Assembly (NCBI GenBank): GCA_049999805.1
Contig: JBNGIO010006185.1
Location: 34,170 to 98,169, forward strand
Source: Folioceros fuciformis
Lineage: Eukaryota
DNA length: 64,000 bases
Reading direction: 5' to 3'
Each line of letters opens with the position of its first letter. The first letter of the stretch is position 1. The notes beneath the pieces were generated by a model. It was not told the origin of the DNA and did not search any database. It saw nothing but the letters and a program-made list of their open reading frames with translations. Of the stretch, positions 50,754 through 63,378 are shown in pieces. The position numbers were made by a program, and so were the translations under genes.

Positions 50754-52206
50754 ATGCCGTCTGGCCCGAAGAAGCGCGCGAGAGCCAAGAAGCTGAAGGA
50801 GCAGCAGCAGCTGGGGTCCAGAAGCGATGGAAGCGATGGGCAGTCGCACGGTTCAGGTAACCAGTTGGGTTCGGTTGTGTCCAAATTTCGGGTTGCTTGC
50901 TTTCCTTATTCCCGGCCGAATTGTGGGGGCTGCATGCCGCCTGCGAGGTGCTGCCGCATTTGGAATGTGGAGGTGCCGGTTGTGCTGGACCCGGCCTGGG
51001 TGCCTACTCTGGTTGTAATGCATTCGATGTTTTCAGGTCTTGCCTTTGTCTGTGTGCGCCATGGTGTTCTCATTTTCCCGTCGTGTGCGCGCAATGGCAG
51101 CTGAGTGCGCAACCCCTGACAGTTGCAGTGACTCTGGCGAGGACTTCTCCCTTCCCAGCAGTCCGTTAGGGAAGGTTTCCGGGCCGCAGATTGGTGCCCC
51201 GCCGTCTCCTGCCTCCCACACGGACGACTGGGTTCGGCTCTCCAGTTTCAGCGAGGCCCTAGAGCTCACCGACGACCAACCGGGTGACGGTGTTGCGAAA
51301 TCTCGGTACGTGCAGGAAGGCGCCCCAGCTGAAGAATGGGTCCGGTTACTGCATATATGCGAGGGTGCACTGCGGGTCCGACTGAATCAAGGCATGCAGA
51401 CCGGGGTGCCCCAAACCGATAGCTATGCTGAGGTCCGTGTTGAGCCCGACTCAGGTGCAAAGGTGGATGAGGGATTCGAGGATGCCAGCTTCTCGTTCCT
51501 CGAGCCCTCAGAGGTCTTGCCACTTAGTCATACGACAAGCGGTACCGATCAGAACGGTGAGAGAACGTCGGTGGAAGACAAGGAGGTCTTGGCCTCGCAG
51601 CCGGTCAGCGATGGCGTCTTGGACAAGAATCTTGTTGTGCCAGTCCCATCTGTGGTGGATCAAGTAAGCAGAGATTCTCTTTTGTTTGCTTTCGTTCGTT
51701 TCATTTCATAGGCGTTTAGGTTAAGATTGTGCAGTTCATGAAATGGAGGTCAGGATTTTGCAGTTCATGAAATGGAGGTCAGGATTTTGCAGTTCATGAA
51801 ATAAAGCAGCAGTGTACGATCCTTCAGACCTCTGAGCTGAGACCTCCTCGTTTTCTTGGCACAGGTGAGGCAGTCCGAGCCGGCAGCAGTGAGGCAGCCC
51901 TATGCAGCTGCAGTGAAGCAGCCCGATCCAGAGGCAGTGAAGCAGCCCGATCCAGANNNNNNNNNNGCAGTGAAGCAGCCCGATCCAGAGGCAGTGAAGC
52001 AGCCCGATCCAGAGGCAGTGAAGCAGCCCGATCCAACGGCAGTGAAGCAGCCCGATCCAGCGGCAGTGAAGCAGCCCGGTCCAGCAGCAGTCAAACAGCC
52101 CGATCCAGCAGCCGTGAAGCAGCCCGATCGAGCAGAAGTGAGTGGAGGAGGAGCAGACAGTGCCGGATGTTGTGATGTCTTTGCATGGCTTTTCGGCCGA
52201 ACCTGA
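50754..52206 (+). CDS. Uncharacterised plant protein with an MPSG.KKR N-terminus, acidic disordered middle, (AVKQPDPx)n repeat and C-terminal CC motif; exons 50754-50856, 51101-51663, 51865-52206
   Basis: GT-AG junctions join MPSGPKKRARAKKLKE...-AECATPDSC...VVDQ-VRQSEP...AGCCDVFAWLFGRT*. A 10-N gap inside the repeat makes the frame there uncertain. Confidence 0.72.
51729..51802. repeat. 29-bp intronic tandem repeat x2.5 (TTGCAGTTCATGAAATGGAGGTCAGGATT)
   Basis: Direct tandem copies in intron 2 of the 50754 gene. Confidence 0.85.
51862..52132 (+). repeat. Coding 24-bp minisatellite (GCAGTGAAGCAGCCCGATCCAGAG), about 11 copies
   Basis: Encodes AVKQPDPx units. Confidence 0.92.
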
Positions 52207-54608
52207 TCATCCACTGCTTCAGCTTTCTTCTAGGTTAGATTAGCCTACTTCTAGTAGTCTAGGAAAAAAAACAAACAGTTTTCCAAAGAGCTGTCCATAG
52301 GATCTTCATGTGAAGACCACCTCTGTTGTTACTGTTCATACCAGTCTTGCCGACCCAATCTTACCTTGTATGGTCGGCAAGATTGTTGGCGGTTGCTATG
52401 CTGATGTAGTTTATGCTGTTTGTTTTTCTATTTCCTCGCAAGCCTTTCCCGGAACCTCCAATGTAACCGCGGTTTCGACATTCGTTGAAGGAGGCTTGGG
52501 GACCGTCAGAGGCTCCGTCTCGATGTCCCCGGTCCTCATGTCTGCAGTAGGCACAAGACTGTGACCGAGTCAGTGCCTTCTTTCTGCATTGCCCTGTAGC
52601 AACGAGAGGGTTTGCATGCAATTTCAATTCGTGCAGGGCTGGGACCAAAATGTTATTGGGATATCGATCCCTTGTGTTACAGACAATCTCCAAAGAACAA
52701 ACTTCTCTGTTACCTCCCCTCCCGTTCTCAAGAAGATGCAGAGTTGTGTTCAGGCCCTTGGTTGTATGAAGTAGATGGGTAAGGCCATGAAGGGGAAAGA
52801 AGCGATATATTGCCTGGTTTGGTGGCTATTGCTGGCTGGTAAACCTGATTCCTGAAAATCAGAGGCGAGCTTGAGCAGGAGCTATTGGCCTTCAGTGCTT
52901 CTGTAGGAGAGTGAGCACTGTTAATGCTCACTATCGGTCCTATCAGGGGACAAGACTTGGGAGCTTGGAATAGAAGTTCAGTATGCTGTTCCGAGAACGT
53001 GGTTACTCTGCAACTTTCAATTTGTGCAGAGTCACGAAGCAGATTCTGCAGCTTGCAACACCAAAAACTTATGGGCAAGTATGGTCCCTAATAGCATCTG
53101 CCTTCCCAAGAAGTGGCTAGGGTTCTCATGAGTGGCAACTCCATTATGCTGTTGACGTAGCAGTTGGACTTCGGCAAAACACAACTTCATCGGCAAACGC
53201 CATGATGTGTCCACCATACCAAACTACGGATGCCTTCCTTATGGTTATCCATGATGTCCAGGATTCTACGCATTGTGACTGCAGCAAGAGTCATGAGGAT
53301 CCCCTCTAGCTCGTACATTGGGCCAGCTTGGTCACACAGGATCTGGCCACATGGGGTCCCAAGACGGCGGCCTGTGCAACCTGGGGCTTGGGCCCCGTGT
53401 CAAGGGCACTTGGCAGAGGATTGCCGGTAACGTACTCGTGGGCAATGGTTGCTGTTCCCGTGTGCAAGGTGTGACGAAATGGAGACGCCATTCAGGAACA
53501 GGAACGGGCTGCTGAGCCTGATTCGATGAATCACCCTCCAGGGATCCTGCTGATATGGGCACAGTGACCTCATCGGTTCTGCACTGGTGAAGCAAGCAAC
53601 ATGTCGTGACTTGGTGGGGAGACGCTTCTCTTTGGGAGAGTGATAAGCACAAGGAACGCTTGGCTGTCCTCCCTTCAGTGCTCTTCGCTTGTGTCCAGGG
53701 ATATGAGACTAGGTTTTAAATTCACCCGGACCCACCGAAATCACACAGGACAAAGGGATCTGGACGACCCACTGCCTCTCCCGAGCGGGAAAGCCATGGG
53801 GCAAGATTCCTGACTTCTATGTACATACTATACAGGAATGTAAGACCTAAGGATTTATCGAATACAACGATATGCCTAGACTTCATATCTACTAAGCATT
53901 GCTCAAATGTCTGTACTCATACTACGCATAATTCTAATTACAAATTATATCAAATAAAAAAAATAATCTCCTTATGTCAACGAATGGAAGTGAAATCTTT
54001 TACCACACGAGGCCTCGAGATGACATGGGATGCCATCCAGGCCATGTTTCCTTAAAAGCTGCATCTACTGGATCATCTGCGGAACTGTGGGAAGTTCCCT
54101 TACAAAACGAACCAAACGCAATGGAGATCCTTTCTGAGGGAAAACGGACCAGCCCACGAGTAGCTCAGCTTGAGGCCAGCGAGCTGGTCCCACAGGCTCG
54201 ACGCCTTGAACAAGAATCCTGCGCCCATCGGGACCAGGAGAACCAGTCAAAACAAAGGTGTCTCATTTGAACATTGGTCATTCTGTGGACATCTAGGTCA
54301 GGATGCAGCATGATACCCAGCAGCCACCAGATGTTTATCGACACAGGCTCTGGCCTGCTGTGGAATCGTAGCTTTGTTTGCCGGTCAGTTGCAAATCTGA
54401 TCAGTATGACCTGTGAAATGTGGGCATCTGCTTGGATAGAACACTATAATCTTGGCCCTCTTCAGATCGATCACCGCTGCCGCTCAGCGGGAGAGGATCA
54501 TCACTGCACTCAAAAATAGAAGTTGGTAATGGTGTGATTTCAAGCCATCGAAACAGATTTACCGAGTCTTACCTTTCCAACCGACAACATCGCCTCAGCA
54601 GATCAGAG

Positions 54609-55325
54609 TCACTTGCGATGCCGATCACGACGCCGCAATTTACGCTGTTTGTGTTTGTTCATCTTCTTTTTCCTCTTCCGCTTCACACTGCTGGCTTCCA
54701 TGGGCGTGAGAATTCCCTCCGCATCTGGCAAGCGAATGCTGCAACCCCCCGAAACACAGGAGAGCACAAACTCATTACAGTGAGCAGTTGCAGATCTTGC
54801 CGCCATGATAAGTGGAAAGGCCGGTCCATGAAGACTCGACGGATCCAGAAAATGCGAAGACCCCGAGGAAAACTCTTGTCCGTCGACTGGACGACCCGCA
54901 AGTCCTCCCTGGAGGAGAGCCCGCACCTCGTCCGCATCTTGGCCAAATCCATTACCGGAAGCAACTGGCCTTCCACACGTACCTGCACTCCATCCTGGTA
55001 GACCCTGCGAAAAGTGCGTGCCAGGGCTGCCGAGAAAACTCTCGGATCCCCCAGGCAACGGGGGCCAAAGAAACTCCCTATGCTTCCCTGGCTGTGAGGA
55101 GAATTCTCCTACAGAATCTGCATCCAAACGCTCTGCCCTGCTCCTCCCCATACGGTGCCATAAGGCACCAGCTTCATCAGATTCCGGCAACCCGTATTGG
55201 AATTGCTGCTTGCCACTCACGCCGGCTTCACAACACATTCCTGCAGCCGACGAGGCCACCTGTTGTTGCATGAGCGTGGAGGCACGGTAAAAGAGCCATG
55301 GATTCTTACGAATCCCGATCCTCAT
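54609..55325 (-). CDS. Mitochondrial mS38 / COX24 C-terminal (DUF1713) domain protein, single exon
   Basis: C-terminus EASSVKRKRKKKMNKHKQRKLRRRDRHRK* is the COX24/mS38 signature. First ATG 55325 begins an Arg-rich presequence-like segment. Confidence 0.85.
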   Translation of the reverse strand: MRIGIRKNPWLFYRASTLMQQQVASSAAGMCCEAGVSGKQQFQYGLPESDEAGALWHRMGRSRAERLDADSVGEFSSQPGKHREFLWPPLPGGSESFLGSPGTHFSQGLPGWSAGTCGRPVASGNGFGQDADEVRALLQGGLAGRPVDGQEFSSGSSHFLDPSSLHGPAFPLIMAARSATAHCNEFVLSCVSGGCSIRLPDAEGILTPMEASSVKRKRKKKMNKHKQRKLRRRDRHRK

Positions 55326-55719
55326 CGCTGGAAGAACAAGGAGAACAAAACTCTTCCAGGCAGCCTCGCAACGCCAGAGACTCAGAAGATCAGGCTGCCA
55401 ACCATCATCTGGAAAATCACCTAAAGAACCTCCATAAACCACCTACAATCAGATCAAAGAGCGTGTTCTCCAAGCGGTCGCCCAATGCGCAGTCTGTCAC
55501 CGCAGATCATGCTCGAAGCAAATTGCAGAGTTCAGATGGTAAAATGATGTTGCAAGCCACCCTCAGCTGCTCCGCCAGGAGCATCTATCAAAGTCCATAC
55601 ACTTAGGGCAGAGATTTTGCGGTGTCCTGGAGCACTTCTACCTCTGCCATAGGCCACAATTTGCGACATCAACGCTGCGATGGATAGAACCATTAAAGCC
55701 AGACACTGGATTTGCGACC

Positions 55720-55738
55720 AGGGTTTAAGTTAGGGTTT
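55720..55738. promoter_or_regulatory. Telo-box motifs in the divergent mS38/SECA2 promoter
   Basis: AGGGTTTAAGTTAGGGTTT contains TAGGGTTT (AAACCCTA on the minus strand). Confidence 0.45.
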
Positions 55739-55883
55739 TTCCAGTTGCAAAGCGGGATCGATTGCTTGTCGGATGGGAAGCAACTGGAAATTGAAACTTC
55801 AGTGAATTCAGCCTGAGTTGCCAAGGTGCTAGCTACCCGGTCCAGTTGAAATCTTGGATTTTCGTCTAGCGGGCATTGGAGTT

Positions 55884-58800
55884 ATGGTTGCGGCTCTTGG
55901 TGTATGCCCCTGCGTCACGGATGCAGCTAATGCTGCTCGAAGGAGGGGAGTGCAATTCAGCGATGGCCAGTTGTCTCCTGGACAAACCCAACTTGTAGGA
56001 CCAAGATGTTCTGCATTTCCTGGCTTAAATAGAACGTCGGCTCGGGTGCTCCGGGTCCCAGACTTGCAAAGGCGGGCTGGGAGCCGTTCTTGGAGAGGTT
56101 CATTCTTGCCCAAGGAAGTCTTGTTTCGCTCCATTGGGCCGGCGAGAAGTTCAAGACGGAGGCAGGGTGTGCAACCATGCGTATGTCAAGTAGTGGTGGA
56201 CGTGGACAGCAAGTCAGAGCAGTCTCGCGTGCAGAGGTTTTGGGAATGGATGCACCAGAAGGTGGAATTTTTTAGCAGATTGGCAAAACCTTGATCGACA
56301 AATGCCATTGTGGAACTGGTGCTCTTTGTTTCGTTCTTGGGTCTGTCGGTATTTCAGGTCTCAGCTCTTGAATCGCTATAACATATTGTGCAGGTGAAAG
56401 TTCTCGATGTGAGAAAGGGTTTGAATGATAAGAATGGGCATTTTCTCGATAAGTTGGTCGTCAAGGAGTATAGGAAACTTGTGCAAGAGGTCAACAGCTG
56501 GGAACCGCAGGTGCGGAGTCTTTCGGATAAGCAGGTAATTCCTGTTTCTCAAGTTCTACACAATCCCATGCTTGCATGTGGTGTTGGTTGAATTTGTTGC
56601 ATCCAGTCGATAGCACCCACGAAAACTTGCTGCCCGTGTGCGTAAGCAGCTGCAATTGAAGACCGAAGAATTTCGCCTGCGGTTGAAGCGTGGGGAGACC
56701 TTGGAGGACGTTCAACCAGGTATGGTTTGTCATCTATTTGTTAGCAACGCATAAATGTCCTCTCAATGTTCCTTTTCTCACTTGTGCAGAAGCATTCGCT
56801 GTTGTACGAGAAGCTTCAAGGCGGACACTTGGTATGCGGCACTTTGATGTTCAGGTAGGCGTCACCTTTCTAATTAATTGTAACGTTTGATACGTCCAGC
56901 TCTCGTATTTAAGAGGAAATGTTCCAAGTGTAGTTGATAGGTGGCGCTGTGCTACACGATGGAGCCATTGCAGAAATGAAGACAGGTGAAGGCAAAACAT
57001 TAGTTTCTCCTTTAGCAGGTTTGTACTTCTCATCACGTATCCAATTTCCTTCTGTCGTTGTACCGTACTGTTTGTTTGGCATCTGTGTGGAGATGCCTGC
57101 AAAGTGTGAAATGGGCGACCTTTGTACTGTTGTTGTACCAGTCGCTCACTGGATGAGAATATGTTTCTGTGCCAGCTTACCTCAATGCATTAACTGGTGA
57201 AGGCGTTCATGGTATGTCCATCTTGGTGTTATTCACCGCTTGGTGTTTTGTGAACGAAATATTCGTGACTAAAGAGTGCGTGCTTAGCTCCGTTGCAGTT
57301 GTCACTGTCAATGACTATCTAGTACAACGGGATGCTGAATGGATGGGACAGATTCATCGTTTCCTGGGTCTGACCGTGGGACTCATTCAGGTCTTTAGTT
57401 TGTACGCTTCAACCGTATGCACTGCTGGTTAGCTGCAATGTCTACTGTGCGCTCACACTCTCCAAATCTGTTGTAGCTTACAGACTTCAGGTGATCCCCG
57501 GGGAAAAAGGTCTGCATATGCTTGTGACATTACATACTGCAACAACACGGTGTGCACTTTGACCATCCTCTGTGTGGATTGCTTTGAACCTGGGAGTCAG
57601 TTTGTGGTCCTTTGCTGATGTTCATAGGGCGTTCATGGCAGGAGCTAGGATTTGACTATCTACGAGATAATATATGTGGAAAAAAGGAGGAGATGGTGTT
57701 GCGATGGTATTTCTCTCTGTTGCGTAGTGATCATATACAGCACAACCTATTATACAGCATGTAATGGGTATTGTTCTTGCTGAATGCAGGCCCAAACCCT
57801 TCCATTTTGCTGTTGTTGATGAAGTCGACTCTGTCCTTATTGATGAAGGAAGGAATCCTCTTCTCGTCAGCTCTCAGGCAAGATTTGGAAAATTGATTCT
57901 TAAAAGTTCCCATTCCTGTTTTTCAACTGGCATTCATCCCCAGCCAAGTTGACATCTACTGTTGGACTTGCAGTCAACTAAAGATGCTGCCAGATATCCA
58001 GTTGCAGCTGAAGTAGCTGACTTCCTCATACCAGACATTGTATGCCTCTAACCTGACAACTGTATGCGAGAGGTTGCAGATTGTAGCGGCTTGGGATTTT
58101 AGTCCGCAGGTACCCCATTCTTGTTACTTTCTGAAGTCTTCCTTCCTTATCTTTTGTAGCACTATAAAGTGATTATCAAGGAGAAAGATATTGAGTTAAC
58201 GGAAGAAGGAGTTGCTGCAGCAGAGCTGGCCCTCGGCAGCGATGATCTATGGGATGAGAAAGACCATTGGGCTCGGTATGTCTTGGTTGTACAGTTGCAA
58301 CACCTCAGCTGGAGACGTGGGCTTAGGAACAAAAAAGTTGTAGCTGAACCTGCGGTGTTTCTTGTCTTTTTCTCTTCTAGCAATGTACTTACAGTGTCCC
58401 TGTTTCATCTCACGTGTGCCCCTTCTACATGACGTTGCAGCTTTGTGATAACTGCTGTCAAGGCAAAGGAGATTTATCAGCGGGACGTGCACTACATTGT
58501 GAAGGATGGCATGGTGCAGATAGTGGACGAGGTTTGTGTTTGCAAAATGTGATAATCTTACAAGTTGTTTGGGAAGCTGATATGGTTTAACATAGACTCT
58601 AATTGTGCAGTTCACGGGACGAGTGGTGGAAAACAGGCGGTGGTCGGATGGTATTCATCAAGCTGTGGAGGCAAAAGAGGGTGTACGCATACAGGTATGC
58701 ACTTATTATTATTATTATTCATGGTAAGGAATGTTCTCATTTGTGCAGGGCTTCCTCAGCAGGTTTTGTTCGTTTGTGCGAACAGCTGGACAGAAAAGCA

Positions 58801-61800
58801 ACCCTCTTCTTAATCCGGAGGTTGCAGATCATGTCTTGAGTCGGTCCTGATTTTTGAGTTTGTGATACTACATGCAGGCAGACACCGTTACTATTGCCCA
58901 AATCACCTATCAGTCTTTTTTCAAGCTGTATAAGAAGCTGTCAGGCATGACAGGCACAGCAAAGACAGAGGTAAGCCTTGTATTGTGTGGGTGGGTCAGC
59001 TTTTATGTCAGCAATTTCAAACGTTTTTGAAGCTGTACACTAACAGGAGACAGAGTTTATGAAAATGTTCAAAATGCCGGTGGTAGCAATACCTACGAAC
59101 CTGCCAAACATTCGACAAGATTATCCTCTTCAGCTGTTTCAGGTAAGCCAGATTCCTTTTATCTTCCTGGTCACTCTTCACACGGTTATAGTAGATCTGA
59201 AGCAGTCCGCATGCTGAGCAGACTGTTCGGGGGAAATGGCGACAAGTGAGAGAAGAGGTGGAGTTCATGTACCGACAGGGTCGGCCCGTGCTTGTTGGGA
59301 CAACCAGGCAGGTCTTCGAATGTTTGCCAGACAATGGCAGAATGTGTGTCCATCTAGAATAGTTGCTGAAGTTCTGCAAGCTACAGTGAAGAATTGTTCA
59401 TTCTTGTGGGCCATCTGTTCACCTAATGGTATCACATTCCGTTGTCAGTGTTGAGCAGTCAGAATATCTTTCCGCCCTTCTGCAAGAATGGATGATCCCT
59501 CACAACGTCCTGAATGCGCGACCCAAGGTTTTACTTTCTTAAGAAGCACTTGGAACCGCATTTTGCTGCAGCTTGTATCGCTGTTGTGTAATTGAACTCC
59601 ACTACGGTTTTGATGGAATGTTCATTTCACGTTATTGGCAATTGCTTTAGCTTTTTTTGCCAACAAAGCATCTCTGGCTCTAATGACTGATGTGCTAATA
59701 GTATGCAGCCAGGGAGGCAGAGATTGTCGCTCAAGCTGGCAGGAAGAATGCAATTACTCTTGCAACTAACATGGCTGGCCGTGGAACTGACATCATATTG
59801 GGAGGGAACCCTGAGGTAAATTTGGCATGTTGGGTAACTTTCAATAAGTTCTTTATCTTTCGTTTGTTCCTCCATAACATCTTGAACTGTGCAGATGCTT
59901 GCTAAGGAGATACTGGAAAACAGTTTTCTGCACTACATGACAGATGAGGCCCCTGATATTGACACAGATGGTGCACCTTTGTCACAAATGGTACTGACTT
60001 TTCCTGTGGGTCATGGGTGGGCTCCCCCATGTGTACGGTTTTGGATCATAACCTGAGATGTTTTGTTGTGCAGGCATTGTCCAGAATCAAGCTGAGCTCT
60101 ACCTCGTTGGAGCGGATTGCAAAAGCAAGCTTGGCAGGTCATATTCATACCCACAGCTCTGAGCTTCAGTAGCAAGCAAGATGGTTGACATCAAATCATT
60201 TTGCAGCACGCCTTGTCTGTGGGAGACATGGTGGAAAGTGGAGCTACCGCCAGGCAAAGACGAATCTTTGTGAAGCTATAGAACTCGCCCGTACTGAAAA
60301 GGAAGAAAGCCTACAAAGTCTGTCATCTGTGAGAGGTTCAGACGTCTCGCCATTGAGTTGCTCCATTGCACTCGCATGGCTGTCAATTATTGGAGACTGC
60401 ACACTACACTGTCGTCAAGAAGGTGCTGAAGTGAAGGAGCGTGGTGGCTTGCATGTTATTGGAACATCTCTTCATGACTCCAGGCGAGTCGACAACCAGG
60501 TATAGCTGGATAAATGGACAAAGGCAGTGTACTTCGTGGTTTCCTCTTCCTTCCCTAGAGTCATGTCATGCTTATGGCAGTTACGAGGGAGGGCAGGAAG
60601 GCAAGGAGATCCTGGATCCACCAGATTCATGATCAGGTGCCAACTCAACCTAGCCCAGTCTTCTGCTCCCTCTCAGTAAATTGAATCTCTGGTCTATCCT
60701 CTTGCATAGGTGTCTGAGCTGCGTGTGGCCTTATGTTGTCTGCAGCTTGGAAGATGAGATGATTCGCAAATTCAATACAGACTGGGCCACAGGCTTCCTA
60801 CGGAGTCTGGGATTTGATGAGGACATGCCTATAGAAAGCACAACTTTGTCAAAGCAGGTTGGCAGCTATCTTCTTGTTGACTTGATGTTCATTGTGGAAA
60901 TACATGCTTACTGGGTCCTGCTCAACTTTCTTGCAGGTGCTTGCTCTACAGAAGACCGCTGAGCGCTTTTATTTTAATCAGCGGAAAACTCTTGTTGAGT
61001 TCGATGAAGTTATGGAGGTAACCCTCTGGACACCTCTGTAGACCAGTGCGCCTTGTGGATCTGCATAACAGTGATCTTGTACAGGTGCAAAGAAAGCACG
61101 TCTACAGTCTTCGGCAATCTCTGTTACTAGATGATTGTGAGACATGTCAGCAACGAATATTCCAGTAAGTTGTGGCGCGTGCCAACCAGAAAGTTCTGTT
61201 TCATCTTGAATACTACTGCAGAAGCTAAAGTGTGGCACGCTTCCCAACTTTGCGTCATGACAATTGTAGATACATGCAAGCGATTGCAGACGAATTGGTG
61301 CTGGGTCATGTAAATTCTTTTCAGGTGAAAAACAAACAACTGTGCATGCGTTTTTAATCTTATTTGACTAGTGTCACCTGTAACAACAAACTCATTTACT
61401 GCTGTGATTGGTTTCGTCATCACTCTCTTTCAGCCTCCATCTTCCTGGAATGTGGAGGGACTGCTGAAAGAGTATCGTGCCCTTGCCCATGCGACATTTG
61501 CAAACCGCGTGCCCAAGTTCTCAGCCCCCACAGGCTAGTCTTCTGCAAAACAACTTCGTGAAAGGCTGCACATTGGTAGCATAAGGCGTGGTTTCACATA
61601 ACATTGTTGGTCCTGCTTGCAGATGTTCTTGCAGACATAAGGTCGGACCTGATAGTCGATGCCCTCAGTCGGCTTCATGGCGTTAGGATTAAGAGCTTGG
61701 ATTGTGTCATGCGGGCTGGATTACCCGTTCCATATTCTTCCCGAGGAATTCGCAGCAAAGTGTACTCACTCAAGCGCTGGTTTGAGCTGACATCACAAGA

Positions 61801-62437
61801 CAGTAGTCTGTACGTCACGTCATTCAGCTGTTGCAGGTTCTGTTCCTGCATGCTCTGTGTGACTTATCCCACGTAACTTGCTCTGCATACAGGACCGGAA
61901 AATATCATGTGGAGGTGCATCTTCTTAGAAAATATTTTGGCGACATTCTGATTGGAACTTACATGGAGAAATTGGAGATATCTGGTTTGAGCTCCAAGGA
62001 AATAGATGAAATTGAGGTAGCCGTCCTCACCAGCACTCATGACTTTCTTCATGTTTCCGATCCCGCAGTAATTTGTTGGCCATCTACTGTGTCACAGCGG
62101 ATCTTAGCAGTGAAGGCACTAGACCGAAATTGGAAGGATCATCTGGTGAACATGGCAAGACTCCGGGCTGCGGTAAGCATGAATATCAGCAACACTACAT
62201 TGACGATATTTTCTGGTGCGGTCTTCTGAAGGACTTACGTGCTCCTGATCTGCTGTTTCTCCGCAGGCAAACGTGCGGAGCTTTGGTCATATGAACCCAC
62301 TGGAGGAGTATAAAATCGATGGATGTCGCTTCTTCATTGCTATGTTAAGTGCAGCACGCCGTCTAACTATAGAGTCTTTGCTTCGTCCGTGGGTATCAGC
62401 CGACGATGAACGCTTACTGGACTTGGATTATGCATAA
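55884..62437 (+). CDS. SECA2: Plastid preprotein translocase SECA2; many short exons
   Basis: [105 protein letters not shown], and the SECA2-type end [38 protein letters not shown]. Confidence 0.95.
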
Positions 62438-62734
62438 AGCAAAATCAGAGTGAAAGCTACGTGAGCAATGAATCTTGGTTGAGTTTCAATCACCAAAACT
62501 TTTTTGGACGTATTTTAATGTGATCAGCTGTAGTAAGTGCACTGCAGCAGAAGGAACATTGACTTTCGGATAGTGACGTAGCTCCCGAGTTCCCAACCCA
62601 TCCACGCTGAAAATTGTCAAGCGCTTGCTTTGACACAGCGTGCAGGATCAAGGAATCCAACTTTACTGTTGACTAAGCCCTTGCTGCGTAGCTGATACAG
62701 TCAAAGAGCGTTGAAGGCTAGGCATGCAGAGCTA

Positions 62735-63378
62735 AAGGCTAAGGATGCAGGGCAGAAGGAAGGCTGAGGATGCAGAACAGAGGGCACCTACTACGGGTTG
62801 TAAGCTGCAGGACCAGTATATTTGATACAGGCCTGCAGTTGAGAAAGCTACAGATTGTAAGCTGCTGGACCAGGAAATGTTATACAGGGCTGCAGTTGAT
62901 AAAGCCAAAATGGTGCATAGTGGATCGCTTGATCATGCTTGAACTAACATGTAAGCGATCTTATGATTATGCTTGAACAAATGTGTAAGCTGCACATGCA
63001 GTATTGCCTCACCTGAATTGTGTGGTTTTGTCTTTGGTTGGCTTACACACTAGTTCAAGCATAGTCCTGCGGTCCACTGAATCATCAGCTTTCATGAACT
63101 GCAGACCTGTATCGAATTTTCTGATCCTGCAGCTTACAGCATGTATCTGCAGTCTCCTGCTCTGCCTCCTCAATCTCCTGCTCCGCCTCCTCAGTGTTGA
63201 GCCCTGCCTTCCCAGTCTTCTGCCCTGCCTCCTTCATGAAGTGTTCTGCCCTGCGTTCTTCATAAAGTCTTCTGCCCTGCCTTCTTCATGAAGTCTTCTG
63301 CTCTGCCTCCTCATTCTTCTGCCCTGCCTCCCCAGTCTTCTGTCTTGCCTTCCCAGTCTTCTGCTCTGTCTCCTCAAT
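62735..63378. mobile_element. Foldback / MITE-like imperfect inverted repeat with internal tandem subrepeats
   Basis: 62799-62840 (second copy from 62856) is inverted at 63097-63138. 62919-62956 is inverted at 63041-63078. GCAGGGCAGAAG on the left matches an array of CTTCTGCCCTGC on the right. Confidence 0.65.

Noticed and set aside
55884..62437. secA (and the hisC-like gene at 46-48 kb) as bacterial contamination or recent HGT
   Set aside because: Both have many spliceosomal introns, transit-peptide-like N-termini and plant-type motifs, as expected for ordinary nuclear genes encoding plastid proteins.
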